From Acidobacteriota bacterium (lineage in GTDB: Bacteria > Acidobacteriota > Thermoanaerobaculia > UBA5066): a stretch of 64,000 nt of DNA. The notes beneath the pieces are model-generated. The model worked only from the letters and a program-made list of their open reading frames with translations. It was not told the DNA's origin and made no database searches. This document shows positions 27,620 to 36,990 of this stretch, in pieces. Position 1 is the first letter of the stretch, and every line of letters begins with the position of its first letter. The position numbers and the translations under genes were made by a program. The stretch covers positions 11,545 to 75,544 of the forward strand of contig JAKPXO010000136.1 in NCBI GenBank assembly GCA_029567505.1. The letters run 5' to 3'.

Positions 27620-27844
27620 ATGGAACGCAGCATGGGACTGTCGGATCGGCCGGTGCCGGGGCGGCTCGTCGGGCGTCTCCGCGCCGAGGGCGACCGACCC
27701 ACCACCGTCGAGGGCGAGCGCCGTGTCCCGGGCCTGCTCTCCCTCCTCCTGCTCGGCGAGGCTGCGGCGTTCGCGGCGCTCCAGGTGTCGGGTAACATCC
27801 CCGAAACCGTGACCGTGCTCGTCCGGGCTCTCCTGCTGCTCTGA
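27620..27844 (+). CDS. 74-aa putative membrane microprotein, first gene of the partner-switching operon
   Basis: Strong RBS, directly downstream of the sigma54 promoter, hydrophobic C-terminal half. Confidence 0.6.
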   Translation: MERSMGLSDRPVPGRLVGRLRAEGDRPTTVEGERRVPGLLSLLLLGEAAAFAALQVSGNIPETVTVLVRALLLL

Positions 27845-27861
27845 CGCGCCGAACACCGCCG

Positions 27862-28305
27862 ATGTCGACGGCAGACACCCGAGAGGTCCACCTCACCATT
27901 CCGGTCGCCCCGGAGATGGAGATCGCCGCGACGGCCCAGGTCGCGGCGCTGGGCGAATGGATGGAGCTCGGACGGGACAAGATCGACGAAGTGAAGATGG
28001 CCGTCGTCGAGGCGTGTATCAACGCGTTCGAGCACAGCGGGACCCCCGACCACCGCGTGGAGCTGAGGTTCCGGGTCGGCACCGAGAGACCCGGGAACGG
28101 CGGCCGCGCCTACCTGGAGGTCGACGTCCTCGACAACGGTCACGGCTTCGACCCGGCGTGCGTCGCGTCGCCCGAGATCGGGAAGAAGCTCCGGGCACCG
28201 CACAAGAGGGGGTGGGGGCTTCGTATCATCCGGAGCCTGATGGACGACGTGAGGATCGAGAGCGGCGAGCGCGGAACGATGATCGTGATGCGGAAGTACC
28301 GCTGA
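27862..28305 (+). CDS. RsbW/SpoIIAB-like anti-sigma factor / Ser kinase (HATPase_c_2)
   Basis: IDEVKMAVVEACINAFEH, DNGHGFD, RGWGLRIIRSLMD. Confidence 0.88.
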   Translation: MSTADTREVHLTIPVAPEMEIAATAQVAALGEWMELGRDKIDEVKMAVVEACINAFEHSGTPDHRVELRFRVGTERPGNGGRAYLEVDVLDNGHGFDPACVASPEIGKKLRAPHKRGWGLRIIRSLMDDVRIESGERGTMIVMRKYR

Positions 28306-28314
28306 AGGGCGACG

Positions 28315-28677
28315 ATGAGCGAGACGTTGAAAGTGACCCTGGAGAAGCCCGACGGGACGGTCGCGATCCTCCGGACGGACGGGTACATCAACAACACCGG
28401 CGGAGAGGAGATCGCCCGGCAGGCCTACACCCTCCTCGGCGAGGGAACGATCCGCCTCCTGCTCGACCTCGAGAAGACGAAGATCGTGAACTCCATCGGG
28501 ATCTCGATCCTGATCGAGGTGCTCGAGAAGGTCCTGGACCAGGGGGGACGCCTCGCGTTCTGCCGCCTGACGCCGACGATCGAGAAGACGTTCCAGATCA
28601 TGGGGCTCGCGCAGTACGCGCGGATCTTCCCCGCGCCGGAGGACGCCCTGGCGTGGCTGCGCGGTGAGGCGGAGTAG
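28315..28677 (+). CDS. STAS-domain anti-anti-sigma factor (RsbV/SpoIIAA-like)
   Basis: 120 aa with LLLDLEKT.IVNSIGISIL (phospho-acceptor Ser), then IEKTFQIMGL. Confidence 0.9.
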   Translation: MSETLKVTLEKPDGTVAILRTDGYINNTGGEEIARQAYTLLGEGTIRLLLDLEKTKIVNSIGISILIEVLEKVLDQGGRLAFCRLTPTIEKTFQIMGLAQYARIFPAPEDALAWLRGEAE

Positions 28678-28686
28678 CGCGGGCCG

Positions 28687-30375
28687 ATGCGCGCCGACGT
28701 CCCGGGGGCCCACGCGCTCCTCGCGACGCTCGATCCGGCCTCGGCCGGGACCGCTCTTCTCGAGCCGATCCTCGAAGCGCTCCTGAAGGGGGCGGGAGGC
28801 GCCCGAGGCCTCGCGCTCGACGCGGGGGCCCGCTGCCATCCCGCCGCCCGCGGCCTCGACCCGCTCCCGTCGGAGCTCGCCGGGCTCGCCGCGAGCCTGG
28901 CGCGGGGCAGCGCCCACGTCGCGAGCTACGACCAGGAGCTCCTCGTCCGGGTCTTCGGGACGGACCCTCCCGAGGGAGAGCCCCCCTTCGACCCGCGCGT
29001 CGTCCCGCTGACCGTCGGCGACGAGACGCTCGCCTGGGTCGCCCTCGAGCGCTCCCCGGCCGACCCGGTCGGCTTCGCGTCCGTCGCGGCGCACGCCGCC
29101 TCCCTCCTCGCCTGGGTGCGGATGTCGGAGAAGGTCCGCGAGGCGGACTTCGAGCTGAAGTACCGGGTCTGGGAGCTCGAGAGCATCTACGACGTCGGCC
29201 TCTCGATCGCGAGGACCCTCGACCTCGAGTCGCTCGCCGACGAGATCCTCATGAAGTCGGTCTCGCTCCTGAACGCGCGGAGCGGGACGCTCGTCGTCCG
29301 GCCCGGCGGCCCGGCGGACGGCGGGAACGCCGTCTTCGTCCGGAGCTTCGGGACCCCGCTCGTGGAGCCGGGCTCGGTGGAGGAGCCCGACGGGGCCGTC
29401 CTCGTCTGCAATCGGCGCGAGGACCGTCCCGCGTCGCTCGCGGGGGCGCCGGCCGAGAAGCTCCTGGCGGTCCCGATCTCCTCGGAGGGACGTCCGCTCG
29501 GCCTCCTCGTCGTCGCCGACAAGGAGAACCGGCAGGGAGGGATCGACGATTTCGGCCCGGCCGACGTGAGGATCCTCTCGCTGTTCGGGAACCAGGCCGC
29601 CATCGCGCTCGAGAACGCGCGCCTGCACCGCGAGGCGGTCGAGAAGGAGAAGATGGAGCGCGAGATCGAGATTGCCGCCTCCATCCAGCGGGCGATCCTC
29701 CCGACGACGCTCCCGGCCGTCTCCGGCATCCTGATCGCCGCCGGGAACCGGCCGACGCGGCAGGTCGGCGGAGACTTCTACGACGTCTACCCGCTCCCGG
29801 ACGGACGCGTCGCGTTCTGCGTGGCCGACGTCGCGGGGAAGGGGATCCCTGCGGCGCTCCTCGTCTCGACCGTCCACGCCTGCATCCACCTCCTCGTCGA
29901 GGCCGGGGCGTCCGACCTGACGGCCCTCGTCGCCCGGACGAACCGCCACCTCGCCCGCTTCTCCTCCACGAGGAAGTTCGTGACGCTCTTCCTCGCGGTC
30001 TACGACCCGTCGGACCGGAGCCTCCGCTACGTGAACGCGGGACACAACCCCGGCATCCGGATCTCGGCAGCCGGGACGGAGCTCCTGCCGAGCGGCGGAG
30101 TCCCGATCGGGATGTTCGAGTCGGCGACGCAGACGGAGAGCCGGCTCTTCCTTTCTCCGGGCGACCTCGTCGTCCTCTATTCCGACGGGATCACGGAGGC
30201 GGTCGACGCGAAGGACGAGGAGTTCGGGATGGAGCGGCTGACGCGCCTCCTCGAGTCGGGGCGCGCGCTGCCGCCGAACGTCCTGAAGGACCGGATCTTC
30301 GCCGCGGTCGAGGGCTTCACCCGGGGCGTTCCTCAGTACGACGACCAGACGGTCCTCGTCGCGCGTCCGACCTGA
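28687..30375 (+). CDS. Cytoplasmic GAF-PP2C/SpoIIE (RsbU-like) phosphatase
   Basis: GAF region (LSLFGNQAAIALENARL), then VGGDFYD, ADVAGKG, YSDGITEA, YDDQT. Confidence 0.9.
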   Translation: MRADVPGAHALLATLDPASAGTALLEPILEALLKGAGGARGLALDAGARCHPAARGLDPLPSELAGLAASLARGSAHVASYDQELLVRVFGTDPPEGEPPFDPRVVPLTVGDETLAWVALERSPADPVGFASVAAHAASLLAWVRMSEKVREADFELKYRVWELESIYDVGLSIARTLDLESLADEILMKSVSLLNARSGTLVVRPGGPADGGNAVFVRSFGTPLVEPGSVEEPDGAVLVCNRREDRPASLAGAPAEKLLAVPISSEGRPLGLLVVADKENRQGGIDDFGPADVRILSLFGNQAAIALENARLHREAVEKEKMEREIEIAASIQRAILPTTLPAVSGILIAAGNRPTRQVGGDFYDVYPLPDGRVAFCVADVAGKGIPAALLVSTVHACIHLLVEAGASDLTALVARTNRHLARFSSTRKFVTLFLAVYDPSDRSLRYVNAGHNPGIRISAAGTELLPSGGVPIGMFESATQTESRLFLSPGDLVVLYSDGITEAVDAKDEEFGMERLTRLLESGRALPPNVLKDRIFAAVEGFTRGVPQYDDQTVLVARPT

Positions 30376-30379
30376 GGTC

Positions 30380-30410
30380 CCGCCGGGCCGCGGCGCCGGG
30401 GGCCCGGCGG
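30380..30410 (+). terminator. Hairpin after the partner-switching operon
   Basis: 10-bp stem CCGCCGGGCC / GGCCCGGCGG, with a short T run about 8 nt downstream. Confidence 0.5.
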
Positions 30411-30435
30411 CGTTCCCGTTTCAGGACGGTCGGCG

Positions 30436-30456
30436 CGGCACGGCGATCGCTAGAAT
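30436..30456 (+). promoter_or_regulatory. Overlapping candidate sigma54 (CGGCACGGCGATCGCT) and sigma70 -10 (TAGAAT) elements upstream of pcm
   Basis: GG-N10-GC with GGCACG at 30437-30442. TAGAAT at 30451-30456 is 8 nt before GTG 30465. Confidence 0.45.
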
Positions 30457-30464
30457 GCTCCTTC

Positions 30465-31229
30465 GTGAGGACGTCGCACGCGTCGCCGGCCGCCGGGTGG
30501 AGAATCGGGAGCGTGGTGGCCCTCCTCGGCGGGCTCCTCGGCGCGGGATGCCCCGGCTCGACCGGAGGCCCCGACCCGACGGCCCGCGCCCGCGCGGGAA
30601 TGGTCGATCGGCAGATCGTCGCCCGGGGTGTGAAGGACGCCCGCGTCCTCGCGGTCCTCCGGGAGGTCCCGCGGCACCTTTTCGTCCCGCCGGACCAGGC
30701 GGCGCAGGCCTACGACGACCATCCCCTTCCGATCGGGAGCGGCCAGACGATCTCCCAGCCCTACGTCGTCGCCTTCATGAGCGAGCAGCTCCGTCTGACC
30801 GGGACGGAGAAGGTCCTGGAGATCGGGACCGGCTCCGGCTACCAGACCGCCGTCCTTTCCCGTCTTGCCGCGCGCGTCTTCTCGGTCGAGATCCGGCCCG
30901 AGCTCGCCGAGCAGGCCGAGGCCCGGCTGGCGGTGTTCGGGGCGACGAACGTCGAGCTGCGCGCCGGCGACGGCTACTTCGGATGGCCGGAGGAGGCCCC
31001 CTTCGACGCCATCCTCGTCACGGCGGCGCCGGAGAAGGTCCCCGAGCCCCTCGTCGCCCAGCTCGCGCCGGGAGGGCGGATGGTGATCCCGGTCGGAGGC
31101 TTCTACCAGGAGCTGAAGGTCCTCGAGAGGACTCCCGACGGGATCCGGGAGACGAGCGTCCTCCCGGTCCGGTTCGTCCCGTTCGTCGGGGAGGCTGAGC
31201 GGCACCGCGAGGGAGACGGCGAGCCTTGA
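30465..31229 (+). CDS. pcm: Protein-L-isoaspartate O-methyltransferase
   Basis: VPRHLFV, AYDDHPLPIG.GQTISQPY, VLEIGTGSGYQTA, GDGYFGWPEEAPFD, VRFVPF. An internal ATG lies at 30600. Confidence 0.95.
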   Translation: MRTSHASPAAGWRIGSVVALLGGLLGAGCPGSTGGPDPTARARAGMVDRQIVARGVKDARVLAVLREVPRHLFVPPDQAAQAYDDHPLPIGSGQTISQPYVVAFMSEQLRLTGTEKVLEIGTGSGYQTAVLSRLAARVFSVEIRPELAEQAEARLAVFGATNVELRAGDGYFGWPEEAPFDAILVTAAPEKVPEPLVAQLAPGGRMVIPVGGFYQELKVLERTPDGIRETSVLPVRFVPFVGEAERHREGDGEP

Positions 31230-31276
31230 GTCCGACGCTCCCTCCGACCGCGGCGTCACGATAGTCTCGTTCGAGC

Positions 31277-34200
31277 ATGCGCGCACCGATCGCAGCCATC
31301 GCGGCGCTGGGTCTCCTCGCCGGCGCGCCGCTTTCGGGCGTCCGCGCGGAGGTCGACCTCGCCCGCCCCTCGGTCGCGACCTACGGAGAAAGGGACGGGC
31401 TCCCGCAGGGGACGGTCCACGCGATCGCGTTCGATCGCAGCGGATACCTCTGGGTCGGCACGCAGGACGGCGCGGCGCGGTTCGACGGACGGAGCTGGCA
31501 CCCGTTTGACATGCCCGACCGGGCCGTCTCGAACTACGTGCGGTCCGTCGTCGGGACGCGGGACGGGAGCCTCTGGTTCGGTCGCGAGGAAGGAGGCGCG
31601 GTCCGGCGCCGGGGCGGCGTGACCGAAGTCTTCGACGGCGCCGCCGGCCTCCCCGCCGCACGGGTCAACCATCTCCTCGAGACCGCGGACGGGACGCTCT
31701 GGGCGGCGACTCATGGCGGAGGGATCGCCCGCTTCGACGGGGCGAGGTTCGAGCCGGTCGGGAGCGGGCTTCCCGATCCGAGGGTCTGGACCCTCCTGGA
31801 GCGGCGGGCCGGTTCGGGAAAGGCGCGCCTCGTCGCGGCCTGCGAAGGGGGCGTGGCGGAGCTGGGCGAAGGGGAGCGCTTTTCGCCGATCGACCTCGGC
31901 GTGTCGCTCGCCGGGTTCAGCGTGAACGCGCTCCTCGAGACGGAAGACGGCGGGGAGCGCTCGCTCTGGGTCGGGACGTTCGGAGCCGGCCTCTTCCGCG
32001 TGCGCGCCGGGGGCGTCACGCGCTTCGGACCGGAGGAGGGCCTCGGGAGCCGTTTCGTCACGAGCCTCGCGGCGACCGGCCCCCGCGGCTCGCAGACGGT
32101 CTGGGTCGGGACCCGCGACGCGGGCCTCTACCGGCTGCGGGGAGGAGCGTTCGAGGGCGTGGCGCTCGGGGCGGAGCCGCTCTCGATCTACGCGCTCGCC
32201 GGCGGCGGCGCCGGAGCGCCGGAGACCCTCTGGGTCGGGACGCGCCTCTCCGGGCTCCTCCGAGTTCAACCGACGCCGTGGGCGCCGTTCGATGCGGATT
32301 CGGGCCTGCCGGGCGACGAGGTCTTCTCGTTCTTCGAGACCCGCGGCGCGGAGGGTGGGCCCGAGGTCTGGATCGGCACGAGCCGTGGGGCCGCCCTCCT
32401 TCGCGGCGGACGGCTGGCGGTGATCGGGCCGGCGTCGGCGCTTCCCGCCGGCGAGGTCCGCTCGTTTGCCGAGGTCCGAGGCCCGGGAGAAGCGTCGGAG
32501 ATCTGGGCGAGCCTGACCGGCGCGGGGATCTTCCGTCGGGAGGGCCCCCGATGGCGTCCGATCGAGGCGCGGCCGGCCTTCCGCTCCGACGACGCGAGCG
32601 TCCTCCTCGCCACGCGGGACGAAGCCGGGCGCCCCGTCGTCTGGGCCGGGAGCGAGAGGTCCGGGCTCGGCCGTTTCGCGGCGGGCCGCTGGACGACCCT
32701 CGGGGAGAGCGAGGGCCTCCCGGCTCGCTCCGTCCTCTCGCTCCTCGAGACGCGCACGGGCTCCCGCCGAACGCTGTGGGCCGGGACGCGCGGCGGCGGC
32801 CTCGCCGAGGTGGCGGACGGCCGGGTCGTGAAGATCCACGACCGGACGAACGGGCTTCCGAACAACGTCGTTCTCTCGCTCGCCGAGGTGGCCTTGCCAG
32901 GCGGTCCGCGCGAGCTCTGGGTCGGGACTCGCGGAGGCCTCGCGCGCCGGAGCCTCGAAGACCCGGGCGAAACCTGGTCGCTCCTCACCGAGGAGAGCCG
33001 GCCGCCGCTTCCGAGCGACGTCGTCCTCTCGATTGCGCCGGTCCCCGGCGGTCCCGTCTTCCTCGGCACGAACCGGGGCGTCGCGCGCCTCGCGCCCTCC
33101 CGCGCACGCGGCGGGCTCGAGGTCGCCGTGTTCGGCACGAACGAAGGGCTCCCGAGCGCCACCTGCAACCAGGGGAGCCTCGTGGACGGGGCCGGCCGTG
33201 TCTGGATCTCGACGGCGGCGGGTGCGGCGATCTTCGACCCCGCGCGGACCTCCGCGGCGAAACCGGCTCCCCACCCGCTCGTCCTCGAGCGGTTCGTCGC
33301 CGGTGGTGCCGCCCGCCCGACGGACGGCGCCGTGACCCTCCGCCCTCGCGAGGCCGACGTCGCGTTCGAGTACGCCCTCCTCGCCTACCACGGCCCGTCG
33401 CTCCTCCGCTACCGGACGCAGCTCGGCGGACGGGAGGCCACGCCGACGGAGTGGACGACGGCGCACCGCCGCGAGTACACGAACCTCCCTCCCGGCGAGT
33501 ACGTCTTCCGCGTCTGGGGGCGCGACGCCGACGCGACGGTCTCGGGCCCGCTGGAGGTCCCGTTCCGCGTGACGCAGGCCTTCTGGCGCCGCCCCGCCGC
33601 GCTCGTCCTCTGGTCTCTCCTCGCGGCGGCGCTCGGCCTGGCGGTCGTCCACCTGCGCGAGAGGCAGCTGCGCCGGAAGGCGAGCGACCTGGAGGCGCTC
33701 GTCCGCCTCCGGACGCGGGAGCTGGAGGCGGCGCGGGACGCGGCGCAGGAAGCGATGGAGAGCAAGGCCCGGTTCCTCGCCCACATGAGCCACGAGGTGC
33801 GGACACCGCTGAGCGCGGTCCTCGGCTACGCGGATCTCCTCGGGGAGGAGCTGCGGGAGCGGGGCGCCGAGGATCTCCTCCCCGACGTCGCGAAGATCCA
33901 GCGGGCGGCCCGGCAGCAGCTCGCGCTCGTCAACGAGGCGCTCGACCTCTCGAAGCTCGAAGCCGGCGGCGCCGAGCTCCACCTGACCGAGTTCGACGCG
34001 GCGGCGCTCGTCCGCGAGGTGGCGGAGACGGCGTGGCCCCTGGTGAAGCGGGGGCACAACCGGCTCGAGACCCGCGGCGTCGACGGCCTCGGGCGGGTCC
34101 TCTCCGACGAGGGGAAGCTCCGGCAGGTCCTCCTCAACCTCCTCTCGAACGCCGCCCGGTTCACGGAGGGGGGGACGGTTTCGGTGGAGGCCGCGATCGA

Positions 34201-34462
34201 CGGGGGCTTCCTGACGATCCGCGTGGCCGACACCGGGATCGGGATGACGCCCGAGCAGCGCGAGCGGATCTTCACCCCCTTCGCGCAGGCGAGCCCGGGG
34301 CACGCGGCGCGCTTCGGCGGGACCGGCCTCGGCCTCGTCATCTCACGGGGCTACTGCGAGCTCCTGCACGGCTCGCTCGAGATGGAGAGCGAGCCGGGGG
34401 TCGGCTCCACGTTCACGGTGCGGGTGCCGGCGCGTCTCGACCGCCGGGGAACCGGCCGCTGA
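31277..34462 (+). CDS. Sensor histidine kinase with two-component-regulator propeller repeats and Y_Y_Y domain
   Basis: Signal peptide, many (L/I)WVGT.GG repeats, Y_Y_Y (YTNLPPGEYVFRV), one TM, H-box FLAHMSHEVRTPL, N-box NLLSNA, DTGIGM, GGTGLGL. No receiver domain. Confidence 0.92.
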   Translation: MRAPIAAIAALGLLAGAPLSGVRAEVDLARPSVATYGERDGLPQGTVHAIAFDRSGYLWVGTQDGAARFDGRSWHPFDMPDRAVSNYVRSVVGTRDGSLWFGREEGGAVRRRGGVTEVFDGAAGLPAARVNHLLETADGTLWAATHGGGIARFDGARFEPVGSGLPDPRVWTLLERRAGSGKARLVAACEGGVAELGEGERFSPIDLGVSLAGFSVNALLETEDGGERSLWVGTFGAGLFRVRAGGVTRFGPEEGLGSRFVTSLAATGPRGSQTVWVGTRDAGLYRLRGGAFEGVALGAEPLSIYALAGGGAGAPETLWVGTRLSGLLRVQPTPWAPFDADSGLPGDEVFSFFETRGAEGGPEVWIGTSRGAALLRGGRLAVIGPASALPAGEVRSFAEVRGPGEASEIWASLTGAGIFRREGPRWRPIEARPAFRSDDASVLLATRDEAGRPVVWAGSERSGLGRFAAGRWTTLGESEGLPARSVLSLLETRTGSRRTLWAGTRGGGLAEVADGRVVKIHDRTNGLPNNVVLSLAEVALPGGPRELWVGTRGGLARRSLEDPGETWSLLTEESRPPLPSDVVLSIAPVPGGPVFLGTNRGVARLAPSRARGGLEVAVFGTNEGLPSATCNQGSLVDGAGRVWISTAAGAAIFDPARTSAAKPAPHPLVLERFVAGGAARPTDGAVTLRPREADVAFEYALLAYHGPSLLRYRTQLGGREATPTEWTTAHRREYTNLPPGEYVFRVWGRDADATVSGPLEVPFRVTQAFWRRPAALVLWSLLAAALGLAVVHLRERQLRRKASDLEALVRLRTRELEAARDAAQEAMESKARFLAHMSHEVRTPLSAVLGYADLLGEELRERGAEDLLPDVAKIQRAARQQLALVNEALDLSKLEAGGAELHLTEFDAAALVREVAETAWPLVKRGHNRLETRGVDGLGRVLSDEGKLRQVLLNLLSNAARFTEGGTVSVEAAIDGGFLTIRVADTGIGMTPEQRERIFTPFAQASPGHAARFGGTGLGLVISRGYCELLHGSLEMESEPGVGSTFTVRVPARLDRRGTGR

Positions 34463-34465
34463 CCC

Positions 34466-36088
34466 TCAGCGGCCGCTCTCGTCCCACTCCTTCAGCTTCC
34501 GATAGAGCGTCGCGACGCCGATCCCGAGCCGCCGCGCGGCCTTCTCCCGGTGGCCCTCCTCCTCGCCGAGGACGAAGAGGACGTGGGCCTTCTCCACCTC
34601 GGCGAGCGTCTCGCCCTCGGCGCCGCCGCCGCGTGCGGGGCGGACGATCTCGTCCGGGAGGTCCTCCGCGCCGACGCGCGCGCCGTCGGCGAGGACCGCG
34701 GCCCGCTCCACCGCGTTCGCCAGCTCGCGGACGTTCCCCGGCCAGCGGTGGCGCTGGAGGAGGCGCGCCGCCTCCGGCGTGAAGCCGGCCACCTTCGCGC
34801 CGGTCCGGCGCGCCGCGTCGAGAAGGAGCGCCCTCGCGAGCGGCAGGACGTCCTCCGGCCTCTCCCGGAGCGGCGGGATCGGGATCTCGATCACCCGGAG
34901 CCGGTAGTAGAGGTCGCGCCGGAAGTGCCCCGTCTCGACGTCCTTCCCGAGGTCGCGGTTCGTCGCGGCGACGACGCGGACGTCGACCTTGCGGCTCCGG
35001 TTCTCGCCGACGCGCCGCACCTCGCGCTCCTGGAGCGCGCGGAGGAGCTTGGCCTGCAGGCCCAGCGGCACCTCGCCGATCTCGTCGAGGAAGAGGGTGC
35101 CGCCGTTCGCCGCCTCGAAGAGCCCGGGGCGGTCGGAGGCGGCGCCGGAGAACGCGCCCCGCGCGTGACCGAAGAGCTCGCTCTCGAGGAGGCTCTCGGG
35201 GAGCGCCGCGCCGTTGATCGCGACGAAGGGCCCCGCGGCTCGTGGCGAGCGCTCGTGGATCACCCGCGCGAGGACCTCCTTCCCCGAGCCGCTCTCGCCC
35301 GTCAGGAGGATCGTCGAGTCGACGCGCGCGACGCGGGACGCCAGGTCGAACGCGCGCCGCATCCCGGGGCTCTGCGCCACGACGCCTGGGTGCGGCTCCT
35401 CGACCTTCAGCCGCGTCAGCTCGCTCCGCCGCGCCTTCAGCTTCTGCTCGGTTGCGCGGAGCGCGTCGCGGACGCGCCCCAGCTCTCCCTCGAGGCAGCG
35501 CTCCGAGAGGCCCGAGAGCGCCTTCCGGGTCGCCTCGTCCCACTCCTCCTCGGGCTCGCCCGCCATCCGGCAGGCCGGGTCCCCCTTCCCGACGCACTCC
35601 TCCTCGACGACGCGGATCGACCGGCCGTGGCAGGCGGAGAGGTAGCCGCTCGCGAAGCCGGTGAGCGTCCAGCAGACCGGCTCGTCGGAGCGGCCGAAGT
35701 GCAGCAGGTGCTGCTCCGCCTCGTACGACTCGTCCCAGAACGCCTGCGAGAAGTGCCGCGGCGGCTCGTCCGGCGCGCGCGGCACGGGACGGAACGTGAC
35801 GAGCCCCTTCAGGCGGTGGAGGCGTCCCCCGGCGTGGATCCACTCCTTCGGGCTCTCCCACTCGAAGGCGTCCCGCATCGCCTCGGCCGTCCGCCACCCG
35901 TGCGCCCAGCCGAAGCGGTAGAGGACCCCGCGCGCCACGCTCGTCGAGAGGGTCTCGATGAGCTCCTTGCGGAGGAGGCCGAGCGCGGCCGTGTCGAGGA
36001 GGATCGCGCGCTCCCCGGCGAAGCGGTAGATCCCGCCCTTCGGATCGGCGTCGAAGAGGGCGTCGAGCGTCAGGTCGTCTGCGCGCAT
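34466..36088 (-). CDS. XylR/DmpR-type sigma54 activator (XylR_N - V4R - AAA+ - HTH)
   Basis: [11 protein letters not shown] and [10 protein letters not shown] (V4R), [39 protein letters not shown]-terminal HTH. Confidence 0.92.
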   Translation of the reverse strand: MRADDLTLDALFDADPKGGIYRFAGERAILLDTAALGLLRKELIETLSTSVARGVLYRFGWAHGWRTAEAMRDAFEWESPKEWIHAGGRLHRLKGLVTFRPVPRAPDEPPRHFSQAFWDESYEAEQHLLHFGRSDEPVCWTLTGFASGYLSACHGRSIRVVEEECVGKGDPACRMAGEPEEEWDEATRKALSGLSERCLEGELGRVRDALRATEQKLKARRSELTRLKVEEPHPGVVAQSPGMRRAFDLASRVARVDSTILLTGESGSGKEVLARVIHERSPRAAGPFVAINGAALPESLLESELFGHARGAFSGAASDRPGLFEAANGGTLFLDEIGEVPLGLQAKLLRALQEREVRRVGENRSRKVDVRVVAATNRDLGKDVETGHFRRDLYYRLRVIEIPIPPLRERPEDVLPLARALLLDAARRTGAKVAGFTPEAARLLQRHRWPGNVRELANAVERAAVLADGARVGAEDLPDEIVRPARGGGAEGETLAEVEKAHVLFVLGEEEGHREKAARRLGIGVATLYRKLKEWDESGR

Positions 36089-36248
36089 GGAGGGATCTTC
36101 TCAAAGCGAGAGGTCGCCGCCTCTCGAATCGACGGGTCCCGGCCGGCGGCGGCGCGCTTTGCGCCGTCTCCGTGTGGCGCGGCGCGGCTCCGGGCCGTCG
36201 ATCGCGCCCGCGCGAGGGTGGTCCGGTCCGTGCACTGGCCCGGAGAGC

Positions 36249-36270
36249 GGGACCCCGGCTCCGGGGTCCC
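36249..36270. repeat. Perfect inverted repeat in the pirin 5' leader
   Basis: GGGACCCCGG-CT-CCGGGGTCCC sits immediately before the GGGGAGG RBS. Confidence 0.65.
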
Positions 36271-36282
36271 GGGGAGGTCCCG

Positions 36283-36984
36283 ATGATCCGAATCCGAAAG
36301 AGCGCCGACCGCGGCCGCTTCGACCACGGCTGGCTCGACACCCGCCATACGTTCTCGTTCGCCGACTACTGGGATCCCGAGCACGTCCACTTCCGCTCCC
36401 TGCGGGTGATCAACGAGGACCGCGTCGTCGCCGGCGCCGGCTTCGGGACGCACGGGCACAACGACATGGAGATCCTCTCGTACGTCCTCTCGGGCTCTCT
36501 CGCCCACGAGGACAGCCTGGGGAACGGCTCCGCGATCGTCCCGGGCGACGTCCAGTACATGAGCGCCGGGACGGGCGTGAGGCACAGCGAGTTCAACGCC
36601 TCCGAGAGCGAGCCGGTCCACTTTCTCCAGATCTGGATCGTCCCCGACAGGCGCGGCTACGCCCCGCGCTACGGGCAGAAGCGGTTCGAGGAGGAGGAGA
36701 AGCGCGGTCGGCTTCGCCTTCTCGCGTCCGAGACGGGCGAGGCCGGCTCGATCGCGATCCGCCAGGACGTGCGGCTCTTCTCGACGATCCTCCGCGAAGG
36801 GGAGAGCGTCCCGCTCCAGATCGCGGAAGGAAGGCACCTCTGGGTCCAGGTCGCGCGCGGCGAGGCCGAGGTGAACGGCCACCGCCTCGAAGCGGGGGAC
36901 GGCCTCGCCGCCTCGGACGAGACCTCCTTCACTCTGCGCGGCGCGGGAGCGGAGGCCGAGCTCCTCGTCTTCGACCTGGCGTGA
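36283..36984 (+). CDS. Pirin family protein (YhhW-like)
   Basis: RG.FDHGWLDTRHTFSF, LRVINED, GFGTHGHNDMEI, HEDSLGN, MSAGTGVRHSEFN, LQIWI. Confidence 0.93.
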   Translation: MIRIRKSADRGRFDHGWLDTRHTFSFADYWDPEHVHFRSLRVINEDRVVAGAGFGTHGHNDMEILSYVLSGSLAHEDSLGNGSAIVPGDVQYMSAGTGVRHSEFNASESEPVHFLQIWIVPDRRGYAPRYGQKRFEEEEKRGRLRLLASETGEAGSIAIRQDVRLFSTILREGESVPLQIAEGRHLWVQVARGEAEVNGHRLEAGDGLAASDETSFTLRGAGAEAELLVFDLA

Positions 36985-36990
36985 GGCGCG

